Shown: positions 1 through 10,105, numbered from the stretch's first letter. The stretch is 64,000 nt of DNA from Candidatus Bathyarchaeia archaeon (GCA_038727135.1 JAVYWL010000003.1:96001-160000); one strand, 5' to 3'. The notes: a model not told the origin generated them from the sequence alone. A program made the numbers and translations.

Positions 1-900
1 GAAAAGCCAAGCATTGCGGAGCTTCAGGGAAAAATCGTTGAGTTTCTATGGTGGATGAAGAAGCAAGGATATAAAGAGACAACGATAGCTGGTAAAGGAA
101 AAAGGCTTCAGAGGCTTGTTAGGCTTGGAGCCAACCTTTTAGATCCTGAAAGCGTAAAAAAAACAATAGCGAGGCAAAACTGGTGCGATTCAGGAAAGGA
201 AACAACGGCATACGCTTATGACCTCTTTGCAAAATACGCTGGGATTAAATGGGAGAGACCAACCTACAAGCCTCCGAGAAAGCTTCCATTCATACCACAT
301 GAAAGGGAGATTGACGACCTAATAGCTGGCTATAATAATAAACATGTGGTAGCGTTCCTTCAAATTGCAAAGGAAACTGGAGCAAGGGCTGGAGAAATCT
401 TCGATCTAAAATGGACGGACATAGACTTTGAAAGGAAAACGTTGTCGATAACCCCTGAGAAGGGAAGCGATCCTAGAATCTTGAGGATTTCAGACAAGCT
501 AATAGCCATGCTTCAAAACATGCCAAAAAAGAGTGAAAGGGTATTCAGCAATTACAAAAGCTTAAAAACCCTAAGCTTAGCCTTCCAGCGCTATCGCAAA
601 AGAATAGCCTTCAGGCTTGGAAATCCGAGACTTCTAAGGATAAGCTTCCACACGCTTCGCCATTGGAAAGCCACAATGGAGTATCATAGAACAAAAGACA
701 TACTTCACGTAATGCAGATGCTCGGACATAGAAACATCAAAAACACGCTGATATATACCCAGCTCGTCAAATTTGAAGGTGAAGACGAGTACATTTGCAG
801 GGCGGCTAAAACAGTTGAACAAGCTTCAGCCCTAATCGAGGCTGGATTTGAATACGTCTGCGACATTGACGGAATCAAGCTGTTTAGAAAACGCAAGTAG
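1..900 (+). CDS. Tyrosine recombinase/integrase (5' end lies outside the window)
   Basis: Catalytic signature TGARAGE, K, FHTLRH, LGH, Y. The frame is open from base 1 (EKPSIAELQGKIVEFLWWMKK). The stop lies 30 bp from the 3' end of tRNA-Pro. Confidence 0.9.
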   Translation, partial: EKPSIAELQGKIVEFLWWMKKQGYKETTIAGKGKRLQRLVRLGANLLDPESVKKTIARQNWCDSGKETTAYAYDLFAKYAGIKWERPTYKPPRKLPFIPHEREIDDLIAGYNNKHVVAFLQIAKETGARAGEIFDLKWTDIDFERKTLSITPEKGSDPRILRISDKLIAMLQNMPKKSERVFSNYKSLKTLSLAFQRYRKRIAFRLGNPRLLRISFHTLRHWKATMEYHRTKDILHVMQMLGHRNIKNTLIYTQLVKFEGEDEYICRAAKTVEQASALIEAGFEYVCDIDGIKLFRKRK

Positions 901-930
901 CTTACACCTGCTGGGGTTTTATCCAAAGGA

Positions 931-1009
931 TGGTGGGGTAGCTGGGATTTGAACCCAGGATCGCCAGCGCCCCAGGCTGGTATCCTAGACCAAACTAGAC
1001 GACTACCCC
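931..1009 (-). tRNA. tRNA-Pro(GGG), CCA encoded
   Basis: Reverse complement GGGGTAG...CCAGC-CTGGGGC-GCTGG...GGTTCAAATCC...CTACCCC-A-CCA folds as a cloverleaf. Confidence 0.95.
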
Positions 1010-1331
1010 AATATTACAGACCAGCGCCCCATACTTATTTTCTTTTTCTAAGCCAAGACTTTTGGAGTCATGGTTGTGCTGTTATGCTTTTACAAAACAC
1101 TAGCCATCTTTAGTTTTTCGGAGCGACTTGAAGCATCTTCGTGTTGCGGGTTTCAACGTTGACATTTGCCCTGTCGACGCGTAGTCAAATTTGGACCATG
1201 TAGCCGAAAAATAGTTGCTTGGCTTCTGTGGAAAATGGACTTTCAAAGGCTTTTATTTCCCCTATCTCCTCCCTCTAGGTTTTAGGCGGAAAAGTAACAG
1301 CTTTAAAATCCACGGGTTTACGATGAAATAC

Positions 1332-1428
1332 TGGCGGGCCCGCCGGGAATTGAACCCGGGACCCCCGGGTTTCTCTGTGCTTTATAGCTTAAAAGCCCGG
1401 TGCTCTATCCTTACTGAGCTACGGGCCC
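1332..1428 (-). tRNA. tRNA-Lys(TTT) with 19-nt intron at 37/38 (1371-1389), CCA encoded
   Basis: GGGCCCG...CCGGG CTTTTA[AGCTATAAAGCACAGAGAA]A CCCGG...GTTCAATTC...CGGGCCC-G-CCA. CUUU/AGAG forms the central helix of a BHB-like motif. Confidence 0.93.
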
Positions 1429-1500
1429 TTTTGGGTTTTCGTTTTAGAGAATTTAGGAGGATGTTATTTAGTATTTCGTTTAGTCTTGCATTTTAAAAAG

Positions 1501-1875
1501 CTAGGATGGTGATGATTGAACCTTCAAAAGGCTTGTTATGAAGTTTTTTATCTTGTCATTGGCGCTGAGAATTGTCTCTATTGTTTTTGCACCTTTCTCT
1601 GTTAGTTTATAAACTCTTTTCCTTTCATTCCATGTGCCTTCTATTAGTCCGTTCCTCTCTAAAGAGTAGAGTAGGGAGTAGACGGTTCCAGAGCTTACCA
1701 GTAGGTGGAATTTGTTGTGGATGAAGGATATGACGTCGTAGCCGCTCATTGGGCCGTTTCTGAGTTCTGCCAAAATTATTATGTCCATGAAGTTTTTGAT
1801 TATGCGTTCATGCATCTTTTTTAATATTTTTCCTTCCAACTTTCCACCGCCAACAATGATTGTCAAAGCCGTCAT
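1501..1875 (-). CDS. PadR-family winged-helix transcription regulator
   Basis: PMSGYDVI...SSGTVYSLLYSLERNGLI...RKRVYKLTEKG. Confidence 0.85.
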   Translation of the reverse strand: MTALTIIVGGGKLEGKILKKMHERIIKNFMDIIILAELRNGPMSGYDVISFIHNKFHLLVSSGTVYSLLYSLERNGLIEGTWNERKRVYKLTEKGAKTIETILSANDKIKNFITSLLKVQSSPS

Positions 1876-2042
1876 GTTTATTCACGTTTTAACATTTTAG
1901 GTTAGATATAAATATTTAAATTTTATTCTAATTCTAAATTCGAAGTTGAAACTGAATGAAATATGTTTAAATACAAAACAGGTGCAAACTTAATAAACCC
2001 GCCGTTAAAATCAAATCTCAAAAACTGGCTGGAGGCGGATAA

Positions 2043-2939
2043 ATGAAGGTTGTGTCCAAAAGTAGACGCATTTACTCTTTTTCACCAAAACATGAACCGG
2101 CTGAGTATGTCAAACTTGGAGAAAAGATTCGATTAGAACTGGAGGACGCCTTCGGAGGACAGATTAAAGATGAAAAGATGCCATTAGAAAAGTTGGACTG
2201 GACAAAGGTTAATGGTGCCACTGGCCCCATATTCGTTGAAGGAGTTGAACCTGGTGACACGCTTGTCGTCCGAATAGAAGACGTAAGGGTGGCTGATAGG
2301 GGCGTAATAGCGGTTGTGCCAAAACATGGTGCTTTAAAGGAAAAGCCCTTCAAGGCTAAAATAAAATTTATTCCAATAATTGGCGAGTATGCCCATTTCA
2401 AGAGAGATGTGAAAATGAAGATTTGCCCGATGATTGGAACTATTGGGGTGGCTCCAGAGGCTGGCGAAGTTCCAACGGGCAACTTGGGAAGACACGGTGG
2501 AAACATGGATGTTAAGGAAATGACACGTGGAACAATTCTTTATTTGCCGGTTTTTGTTAGGGGGGCGCTTTTCGCCGCTGGTGATTTGCATGCAATCCAA
2601 GCTGACGGGGAGGTTTGTGTCTCAGCAATAGAAGTTTCAGGCGAGGTGACGTTAAGCTTTGATGTTCTTGAAAAGAAGAGTGTTTCATGGCCCATCTTGG
2701 AGACAAAGGATAGCTATGAAATTTTAGTTTGCGCCGATTCGCTTGATGATGCTTGTTCTTTGGCGGTTGAGGAGGCCGTTAAAGCCTTAATGCGCGAACA
2801 TAATTGGAGTTTTGAAGAGGCTTACATGTTTGCGAGCCTTGCTATAGACCTTAGAATTAATCAGGTTGTGGATCCTAAAAAGGGTGTAAGGGCTGTGATT
2901 CCAAAAGAATTTGTTTCACGCCAAGCGCTGGCAGTTTAA
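2043..2939 (+). CDS. Acetamidase/formamidase family protein
   Basis: TGPIFVEG.EPGD, HGGNMD and GDLHAIQADGEV motifs. Confidence 0.88.
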   Translation: MKVVSKSRRIYSFSPKHEPAEYVKLGEKIRLELEDAFGGQIKDEKMPLEKLDWTKVNGATGPIFVEGVEPGDTLVVRIEDVRVADRGVIAVVPKHGALKEKPFKAKIKFIPIIGEYAHFKRDVKMKICPMIGTIGVAPEAGEVPTGNLGRHGGNMDVKEMTRGTILYLPVFVRGALFAAGDLHAIQADGEVCVSAIEVSGEVTLSFDVLEKKSVSWPILETKDSYEILVCADSLDDACSLAVEEAVKALMREHNWSFEEAYMFASLAIDLRINQVVDPKKGVRAVIPKEFVSRQALAV

Positions 2940-3102
2940 AATTTAAAAGTTGAAGTAACTTTGAGGAATTTTGGGCTGACATTTTAAAGTTTAATTTCCA
3001 TTATTTTGGCTGAAAAAGGCTCATTTTAACAGTTAGCGATATCTCTGCATATTAACAAACGTTATTTTTCTGATTAGCCTCTTTTTGGCTGGTGTTTGGG
3101 GA

Positions 3103-3681
3103 TTGTTTTCGTGGAAGCGTTCCTTTGAGAGGTTAAACAGCGAATATGAGACTGTTTTGAAAAAGAGGCAAGCCTTGAACAGCTTGCTTGAGAGCGGTAG
3201 AATATCACAGCCAACATACGAGCTTTTTGAGAACGAGATGAACGAGGCCATAGCAGAAATTGAAAGGCAAAGAAAGGCTTTGCTGGATAAGATGGCTGTT
3301 AAAGCGAGGGAGCTTGAAGAGCAAATTAAGACTTTGGAGAAGTTGCTGGCGAACTTTGAGATTCAACATGTTGGCGGCGAAATAGAGGAGGAAGTTTACT
3401 AGCGTGAAATAGCCCTCCTTTCCATGGGGCTTGAAAGTACGAGGCAAGAGTTAAATGCCATCAAAGAAACCATTGAGAAACTTTCAAACCCGCAAGCGGC
3501 AGAAAGCGGCACTATACTGAAACAACAAGAAGTGGAGCAAAAGCCCGCTGAAAGTAGCGAAAAAAGCAGTCTTGAAGTGGCTGTTGTGGAACTAACCCCA
3601 AAAGTTGAAGCAGAGAGTATAGGAGAAAACCTGCAGGAAACCCAGCAAGTAGAACAGATAGAGCAGAAAAACGAGGAATAG
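3103..3681 (+). pseudogene. CdvA-like coiled-coil protein interrupted by an in-frame TAG at 3400-3402
   Basis: ORFs 3085-3402 and 3424-3681 share a frame (EEEVY*REIALLSMGLE). The sequence resembles the CdvA at 32444 (KKRQALNSLLESGRISQPTYE vs RKDQALKELLEKKKISQEVYE; EIQHVGGEI vs EVEHEIGEV). Confidence 0.7.
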
Positions 3682-3781
3682 CTGAATCGCTCTTTCTCCT
3701 TTTTCTTTTTCTATTTTAAACTTTCGCTAATTTAAGGGCAAGAGAATTTTATATTCCGAGTCACCCACCTATTTTTGAGGG

Positions 3782-4864
3782 TTGTGTTTGCAAAGTGATG
3801 ATGTTTTGATGACTTTCCATGAAAAGTTTAAGCAGTACGACCTTGGAGAGGGACACCCTTTTAGGGGAGACAGATTCATAAACGCTATGAACCTCTTCAA
3901 AGAGCAAGGCTTGCTTAATCGTCCACAGCTCAAGATTGTGGAACCAAAACCAGTATCAAAGGAGGAGCTTTTAAGGGTGCATACTGAAGATTACATCAAC
4001 TTAATTTTCCGGCTGGCAGAAGAAAGCAGACCATACGACATTGAGACTCCAGTTTCGCCTTCAATTCTTGAGGCTGCTTTGCTCATTGTTGGCGGTGCAA
4101 TTGAATGTGGAAAGGCCATTTTTAACGGAGTTGCCAAGCACGCCATATCACTTGGCGGCGGTTACCACCATGCTGGGAGGGATTATGGTGGTGGATTCTG
4201 CCTCTTCAACGACATAGCCGTTTTGGTTGAATTTTTGAGGGCTGAAAAGGGCGTGAGGCGCTTTCTCATATTGGACTATGATGTCCATTTTGGGAATGGG
4301 ACAAGCGACATTTATTATGCCGACCCAAGCGTGCTCTTTATTTCTCTGCACCAAGACCCACGAACAATATATCCTGGAAAAGGTTTCACATGGGAAATAG
4401 GCGAAGGCGAAGGGGAAGGCTACAACGTTAATATGCCACTCCCGCCCGGAACAGGCGACGAAACATATTTGCATGCTGTTAAGGAGATTTTTGTACCCTT
4501 AGCCGAGGAGTTCAAACCAGAAATAATAATCGCGAACGGTGGGAGCGACTCTCATTTCGCAGATATGCTGGGCGACCTAAGTCTAACAGCCGACGGCTTT
4601 TTTAGGCTCTCATGCCTAATTAGGGAGACAGCCCAAAAAGTTTGTAATGGAAGACTTGTTCTATTGCTTGGAAGCGGATATAACCCAAAGGTTCTGCCCA
4701 TATGCTGGTACGCCCTTGTCGCAGGAGTGGTAGGCCTGGAAAAAATAAATGTTAAAGAGCCATACACGCTGCCTGTTGAACCACCTTTTGTAAGGAAAAA
4801 AGTTGAAGACACGATTGATGAGTTAAAAGGCTTGCTGAAGAAGAAATGGAAATGTTTTAGGTGA
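3782..4864 (+). CDS. Histone deacetylase family (AcuC-like) deacylase
   Basis: GGYHHA, GFCLFND, DYDVHFGNGT, SLHQ and NMPLP motifs. Confidence 0.9.
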   Translation: MCLQSDDVLMTFHEKFKQYDLGEGHPFRGDRFINAMNLFKEQGLLNRPQLKIVEPKPVSKEELLRVHTEDYINLIFRLAEESRPYDIETPVSPSILEAALLIVGGAIECGKAIFNGVAKHAISLGGGYHHAGRDYGGGFCLFNDIAVLVEFLRAEKGVRRFLILDYDVHFGNGTSDIYYADPSVLFISLHQDPRTIYPGKGFTWEIGEGEGEGYNVNMPLPPGTGDETYLHAVKEIFVPLAEEFKPEIIIANGGSDSHFADMLGDLSLTADGFFRLSCLIRETAQKVCNGRLVLLLGSGYNPKVLPICWYALVAGVVGLEKINVKEPYTLPVEPPFVRKKVEDTIDELKGLLKKKWKCFR

Positions 4865-4901
4865 GATGTCTCTTAATTCTAAGCAAATGAAGGTATAAGA
4901 G

Positions 4902-6041
4902 ATGGAAAATATTGATGAGGTTCGTGAGCTTTTTCCCGTCGTCAAGAACAAGGTTTTCTTGAATCATGCTGCCCAGTCGCCGCTTCCAAAGCCCGTTGCC
5001 GACGCGGTTAAAAAGTGTGTGGAAGATTTCTCAGAGTTTGGGAGCGTTTCCACTTCAGAATGGGACGACTGTGGAAAGGCTTTGTTTGCAAGGCTTATAG
5101 GCGCAAAACCGGAAGAAATAGCCCTTGTCGAGAACACTTCTGTTGGTTTGAATATAGCTGCAAATGTGCTGGAATATCCGCCGGGCTCAAAGGTTGTGAC
5201 TACGGATTTGGAGTATCCCTCGGTGGTTTACCCATGGCTTAAGGGAAGCTTAGGCGTTAAAGTTCACTATGTTGAGAATGTCAACGGAAAGATTCCACTT
5301 GAGGATTTTGAGAAAGCCGTGGATGATAAGACTGTTGCTGTTGCAGTAAGCCACGTTGAATACGTTAATGGCTTCAGAAATGATTTGAAGGCTTTAAGCC
5401 AAATAGCCCACGAGCATGGCGCATACTTGATTGTTGATGCCATACAATCGGCTGGCGTAATTCCAATAGATGTTAAACGCGAAGGCGTAGACTTTCTAAC
5501 AACGGCTTGTTACAAGTGGCTTTTAAGCCCGCCGGGAGCCGCATACCTATACGTGCGGGAAGACCTCATAGAAAATTTTGAGCCGCCCTACATTGGATGG
5601 GCAAGCGTTAAACAAGAAATTTTCGAAACCGTGGATTTTTGGGACATTTGGAGCTTGAAGCTTTCAGAAACCGCAAGCCGCTTTGAAGTTGGCACACCAA
5701 GCTTTTTGAGCTTTGTGGGCGCGGCTGAAGCCATAAAAATGCTTTTGAGCTTTGGAGTTGAAAATATTGAAAAGCGTGTTTTAAGGCTTACAGACCATTT
5801 AATAGAGGCTGTTAAAGCTTTAGGATTGGAGCTTCAAACACCAGAAGAACCACAATATCGCTCTGGCATAGTCAACTTTGAAGTTGACAAGCCGAAAGAG
5901 GTTGTTGAACAATTAAGATGCATGGGCATAGTTGTTTCCGCAAGAGCCAACGGAATAAGGGTTTCACCCCACTTCTACAACACAGAAGAAGAAATAGACA
6001 AACTCATAAGTGAACTTAAAGCAATTCTGCCGAAAAACTAG
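4902..6041 (+). CDS. Class V PLP aminotransferase / cysteine desulfurase-like protein
   Basis: FLNHAA, VDAIQSAG, CYKWLL (PLP lysine), IRVSPHFYNT. Confidence 0.85.
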   Translation: MENIDEVRELFPVVKNKVFLNHAAQSPLPKPVADAVKKCVEDFSEFGSVSTSEWDDCGKALFARLIGAKPEEIALVENTSVGLNIAANVLEYPPGSKVVTTDLEYPSVVYPWLKGSLGVKVHYVENVNGKIPLEDFEKAVDDKTVAVAVSHVEYVNGFRNDLKALSQIAHEHGAYLIVDAIQSAGVIPIDVKREGVDFLTTACYKWLLSPPGAAYLYVREDLIENFEPPYIGWASVKQEIFETVDFWDIWSLKLSETASRFEVGTPSFLSFVGAAEAIKMLLSFGVENIEKRVLRLTDHLIEAVKALGLELQTPEEPQYRSGIVNFEVDKPKEVVEQLRCMGIVVSARANGIRVSPHFYNTEEEIDKLISELKAILPKN

Positions 6042-6100
6042 AGGGGCTATCAATTTTGCAGTTCGCCACCAAGAGCAAAATTGACACCGATGCGCGTGTT

Positions 6101-8572
6101 TTAGTCATATTCGCTTATGAAGTTTAATTCTGGATATTGGGGCACTTGTCTACCCTCGCCTTTTTCAGGCAAAATCTCCAGCTTTAAGATTTTGCACGTG
6201 CCAATGATGTCTTCTCTGTTCTCTTCTAGAATTCTCGCATAATCGTTGTTACCAGCGTAGATTTTAACCAGCTTTATTGGCGCATTGAGGGGCTTACGCT
6301 TTTCAGCCTTATCTCTTCTAATTTCTGTTATCAAGGTTATTAGCAGGTCGCCCTCTTTTTCAGCCCTTTCGTCGATTTTGCTTGCGTCTGCTTGGGGCCA
6401 TGGGGTTTTGTGTATGCTTTTTATGCCCATGTGTTCAGCATACATGTGCTGATAGATTTCCTCTGTTATATGGGGTGTTATAGGCGCCAGCAACTGTAGT
6501 ATACGGTATAAAACAGTGTAAAGCGTGTATTGGGCAGCTTTCCTTTTAGCTTCGCCATACAATTCGGGCTTGTATAGACGGTCCTTGACAGCTTCGATGT
6601 ACTGGTCGCAGAAGATATGCCAGGTGAAATTGCGTGTTTCTTCAAGGGCCATGTTGAACTGGCATTTTTCCAAGGCCTCTGTAACCCGCTGCGTCAGCCT
6701 TTCAGCCTTGCTTAAAATCCACTTATCCAACAGTTGAAGTTCATAATTGCCGTTGCCAGGCTTGTAGTCGGCTAGTTGGTTGCCTACGAAGCGGGCGGCG
6801 TTCCAGAGCTTTGTAAGGAAGCGCCTTCCATACTCCACGTCTGGCCATCTGAATGGAATGTCCGAGCCTGTTGCTCCGCCTCCAGCAGCCCATTGTCTGG
6901 CGGCGTCCGCCCCATACTTGTCTAGGACTTCTGGGGTTGCCACGTAGTTTTTTAGGGATTTGCTCATTTTTCTGCCGTCAGCGCCTAAAACCATGCCGTT
7001 TATGAGGCAGCTCTTGTAGGGCTTCTCATCAAACAGTGCCAAGTGCCTAACCATTAAGTAATAGGCCCATGTACGAATGATGTCCACACCTGAAGGATGC
7101 ATGTCTGCTGGGAAAAGCCTCCTCCAGTCCTTTCGGTCTGGCCAGCCCGCGTGTACGGCGCATGTTATGGAAGAGTCCATCCAAGTGTCCAGCACATCAG
7201 TTTCTGGAGTGAATTCTTTGCATCCGCATTTTGGACAGGCGTCTATGCGGGGCTTTTCAAGTTTTGGGTCTATGGGAACCCAACTTTCTTCCGCTAGGAT
7301 TGTTTCTCCGCATTTTTTACAGTACCATATAGGTATGGGCGTGGCGAAGATTCGTTGGCGGCTTATAACCCAGTCCCAATCCAGCGAACGTGCCCAATCT
7401 ATGAGGCGGTACTTCATGTAATCGGGATACCAAACAACCTCATGGGCTTCCTTTTCTACACGGTCTGTTAGGATGCGGGTTTTCATAAACCACTGTTTGC
7501 GCTCCAAAATTTCTATTGGCGTTTCGCATCTTTGGCATACGCCTATCTCCTGCCTTATAGACTCAATTTTTTCTAGAAGCCCTTCAGCCCTCAAGTCCTC
7601 TACTATGGCTTTTCTGGCTTCTTCGACCGTTAAGCCCTTATATTTTCCGCCGTTCTCGTTTATCAGCCCATTTTCAGTCAGAATTGTGATTACGGGCAAG
7701 TTGTGCCTCTTGACGGTGCGGACGTCCTCCTTGTCGCCGTAGGTGCAAATCATAACAACGCCTGTGCCGAAGGATGGGTCGACAGCGTCGTCTTGGATAA
7801 TCTCCACAGTGCGGTTCACAATTGGCACTTTTATGCGTTTTCCGATGTATTTGTTGTAGCGGGTGTCTGTTGGGTTTACCGCTACGGCTACACATGCCGG
7901 TATAAACTCTGGTCGGGTTGTGGCTATGAGAAGGTGTCCGCCACCATCTGCCAATGGAAATCTTATGTAGTGTAGCTTGCCTTCCCGCTCTTCATGCTCC
8001 ACTTCAGCATCTGCAATGGCAGTTTCACATCTTGGACACCAGTTGACCGGATGTGTGCCCTGATAAATGTATCCCTTCTTGTAGAGGATTATGAAGCTAA
8101 GCTGGGTTCTTCGCCAATAATCCGGGTCCATGGTGCGGTATTCCGTTGTCCAATCAACGCTGCATCCAAGCCTTACAATGCCCTCCTTCATCATGGCAAT
8201 ATACTTTTCAACAAGCTGCATGCACAAACTGCGAAACTTGTCAGGCGGCAAGTCTCGCTTACGAATGTTGTGCTCCCTTTCCACCTGAACTTCTATGCCT
8301 AAACCGTGGCAGTCCCACCCCTGCGGGAAATAGACATTGTATCCTCTCATGCGTTTATATCTGGCGACTATGTCGAAATAGGTCCAGTTTAGGACGTTCC
8401 CCATGTGGAACTCGCCGGAAGGATAAGGCGGCGGAGTGTCGATGCTGAAAACTGGACACTTTTTGTCTTTCCAGTCGAAACGGTATATACCCCAATCTTC
8501 CCAAAGCTTCTGCCACTTCCGCTCAATAGCTAATATGTCAAACTCCTTTGGCAAAGGCTTCATACGAGACAT
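6101..8572 (-). CDS. valS: Valine--tRNA ligase (true start about 8572 or 8563)
   Basis: DTPPPY, HMGN (HIGH), WCPRCETAIADAEV, WDWVISRQR, KMSKS. Confidence 0.95.
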   Translation of the reverse strand: MSRMKPLPKEFDILAIERKWQKLWEDWGIYRFDWKDKKCPVFSIDTPPPYPSGEFHMGNVLNWTYFDIVARYKRMRGYNVYFPQGWDCHGLGIEVQVEREHNIRKRDLPPDKFRSLCMQLVEKYIAMMKEGIVRLGCSVDWTTEYRTMDPDYWRRTQLSFIILYKKGYIYQGTHPVNWCPRCETAIADAEVEHEEREGKLHYIRFPLADGGGHLLIATTRPEFIPACVAVAVNPTDTRYNKYIGKRIKVPIVNRTVEIIQDDAVDPSFGTGVVMICTYGDKEDVRTVKRHNLPVITILTENGLINENGGKYKGLTVEEARKAIVEDLRAEGLLEKIESIRQEIGVCQRCETPIEILERKQWFMKTRILTDRVEKEAHEVVWYPDYMKYRLIDWARSLDWDWVISRQRIFATPIPIWYCKKCGETILAEESWVPIDPKLEKPRIDACPKCGCKEFTPETDVLDTWMDSSITCAVHAGWPDRKDWRRLFPADMHPSGVDIIRTWAYYLMVRHLALFDEKPYKSCLINGMVLGADGRKMSKSLKNYVATPEVLDKYGADAARQWAAGGGATGSDIPFRWPDVEYGRRFLTKLWNAARFVGNQLADYKPGNGNYELQLLDKWILSKAERLTQRVTEALEKCQFNMALEETRNFTWHIFCDQYIEAVKDRLYKPELYGEAKRKAAQYTLYTVLYRILQLLAPITPHITEEIYQHMYAEHMGIKSIHKTPWPQADASKIDERAEKEGDLLITLITEIRRDKAEKRKPLNAPIKLVKIYAGNNDYARILEENREDIIGTCKILKLEILPEKGEGRQVPQYPELNFISEYD

Positions 8573-8620
8573 CCTAACAAACTTCGACTTTAGGAAAGAT
8601 AAATATACAAGTACATAACA

Positions 8621-8738
8621 ATTACTCCGCTCAAGGTTTAGGGGAGCTGGGCGGTGACCCGGCTGAGAGGACGGCTGAGCGCCGTCGACCCTCAGAACCT
8701 GATCCGGGTAATGCCGGCGGAGGGAAAATGGAGTGAAT
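8621..8738 (+). promoter_or_regulatory. TPP (THI-box) riboswitch upstream of thiC
   Basis: AGGGGAGC...GCTGAGA...GACCC...GAACCTGATCCGGGTAATGCCGGCGGAGGGA matches the TPP aptamer consensus. A BRE/TATA-like GAAAGATAAATATA lies at about 8594-8607. Confidence 0.92.
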
Positions 8739-8803
8739 AGAGGTGCCTTCAAACTTCTCTAAACAAATAATAACGATCTATTCTGGTTTCTGGAGGGTTT
8801 TGA

Positions 8804-10105
8804 TTGACAACGCAGATGGAGGCAGCTAGGAGAGGGCAAATAACCGAGGAAATGCGGATAGTTGCAGAGGACGAAGGCGAATCTCCCCAAGCCCTTTGCC
8901 AGCGCATAGCACAAGGCACTGTCATAATAACTCGCAACATTAAACGGGAAAACGTTCACCCGGTGGGGATTGGCAAAGGCTTACGCACAAAGGTTAACGC
9001 CAACATTGGCACAAGCCAAGACCTATGCGACCTAAACTTGGAGATTGAGAAGGCCAAGGTTGCCGTCAAATATGGCGCCGACACCGTTATGGATTTAAGC
9101 ACAGCTGGCGACTTGGACGAAATAAGAAGAGCCATAATCAAGGCTGTAAATGTGCCCATTGGAACAGTGCCGATTTATCAGGCAGCCATAGAAGCTACGA
9201 AAAAGAGGGGCGCAATAATCCACATGACAGAAGACGACATATTCAACACCATAGAGAAACACGCCAAAGACGGTGTTGACTTCATGACCGTGCACTGCGG
9301 CGTCACACAACAAATCGTCAAAAAACTCGCGAAGCACCCTAGACTCATGGGAGTTGTAAGCCGCGGCGGAACATTCCTAGCCGCTTGGATACTCCACCAC
9401 AACAAAGAAAACCCATTATACGCCAACTACGACTACCTTCTGGAACTGGCTAAAAAATACGATTTTGCCCTAAGCCTAGGAGACGGCTTAAGGCCGGGCT
9501 GCATATTTGACTCCACAGACTGGGCTCAAATTCAAGAGTTGCTAACAATCGGAGAGCTTGTAGAAAGGGCGAGGGACGCAAACGTTCAAGTCATGGTGGA
9601 GGGACCCGGCCATCTGCCATTAAACGATGTGGCTGCCAACGTCCAGCTTGAAAAATCCATATGCAAGGATGCACCCTTTTACGTGCTTGGTCCAGTTGTC
9701 ACCGAGATAGCGCCTGGATACGACCACATTGTTGGGGCTATAGGCGGAGCGTTGGCTGGTTTGGCAGGCGCCGACTTCTTATGTTACTTGACACCGGCGG
9801 AGCATCTAGGACTGCCAAGCCTAGAAGATGTTAAAGAGGGCGTTATAGCCACAAAAATTGCTGCTCATGCCGCTGACATTGCAAAGCTTGGAGCAAAAGC
9901 CGCTGCACAGGACCTAGCTATGGCTAAGGCTAGGGCGAATCTCGACTGGAAGGGGCAGTTTGAGAATGCCATAGACCCGGAAAAGGCGAAAAAGGTTCAT
10001 GGACGCATAAAGCCGAAAAGTCCTGAAACATGCTCCATGTGCTCGGAATATTGCGCCATAAAAATTTTGAAGGAAGCCTTAAAGGCGGAGGGACAATGCC
10101 TATGA
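8804..10105 (+). CDS. thiC: Phosphomethylpyrimidine synthase
   Basis: KVNANIGTS, GTVPIYQ, SRGG, GDGLRPG, C-terminal CSMCSEYC. Confidence 0.95.
   Translation: MTTQMEAARRGQITEEMRIVAEDEGESPQALCQRIAQGTVIITRNIKRENVHPVGIGKGLRTKVNANIGTSQDLCDLNLEIEKAKVAVKYGADTVMDLSTAGDLDEIRRAIIKAVNVPIGTVPIYQAAIEATKKRGAIIHMTEDDIFNTIEKHAKDGVDFMTVHCGVTQQIVKKLAKHPRLMGVVSRGGTFLAAWILHHNKENPLYANYDYLLELAKKYDFALSLGDGLRPGCIFDSTDWAQIQELLTIGELVERARDANVQVMVEGPGHLPLNDVAANVQLEKSICKDAPFYVLGPVVTEIAPGYDHIVGAIGGALAGLAGADFLCYLTPAEHLGLPSLEDVKEGVIATKIAAHAADIAKLGAKAAAQDLAMAKARANLDWKGQFENAIDPEKAKKVHGRIKPKSPETCSMCSEYCAIKILKEALKAEGQCL

Noticed and set aside
1215-1496. 93-aa ORF
   Set aside because: It is an antisense shadow of the intron-containing tRNA-Lys.
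3400-3402. Genome-wide TAG recoding
   Set aside because: Many genes here end normally at TAG (integrase, PadR, cdvA, cdvC, tpiA) and no pyl genes are in the window. Only the local case is kept.
8573-8752. 60-aa N-terminal extension of ValS in the ORF track
   Set aside because: It is the antisense of the TPP riboswitch and promoter region; ValS similarity starts at MKPLPKEFD.
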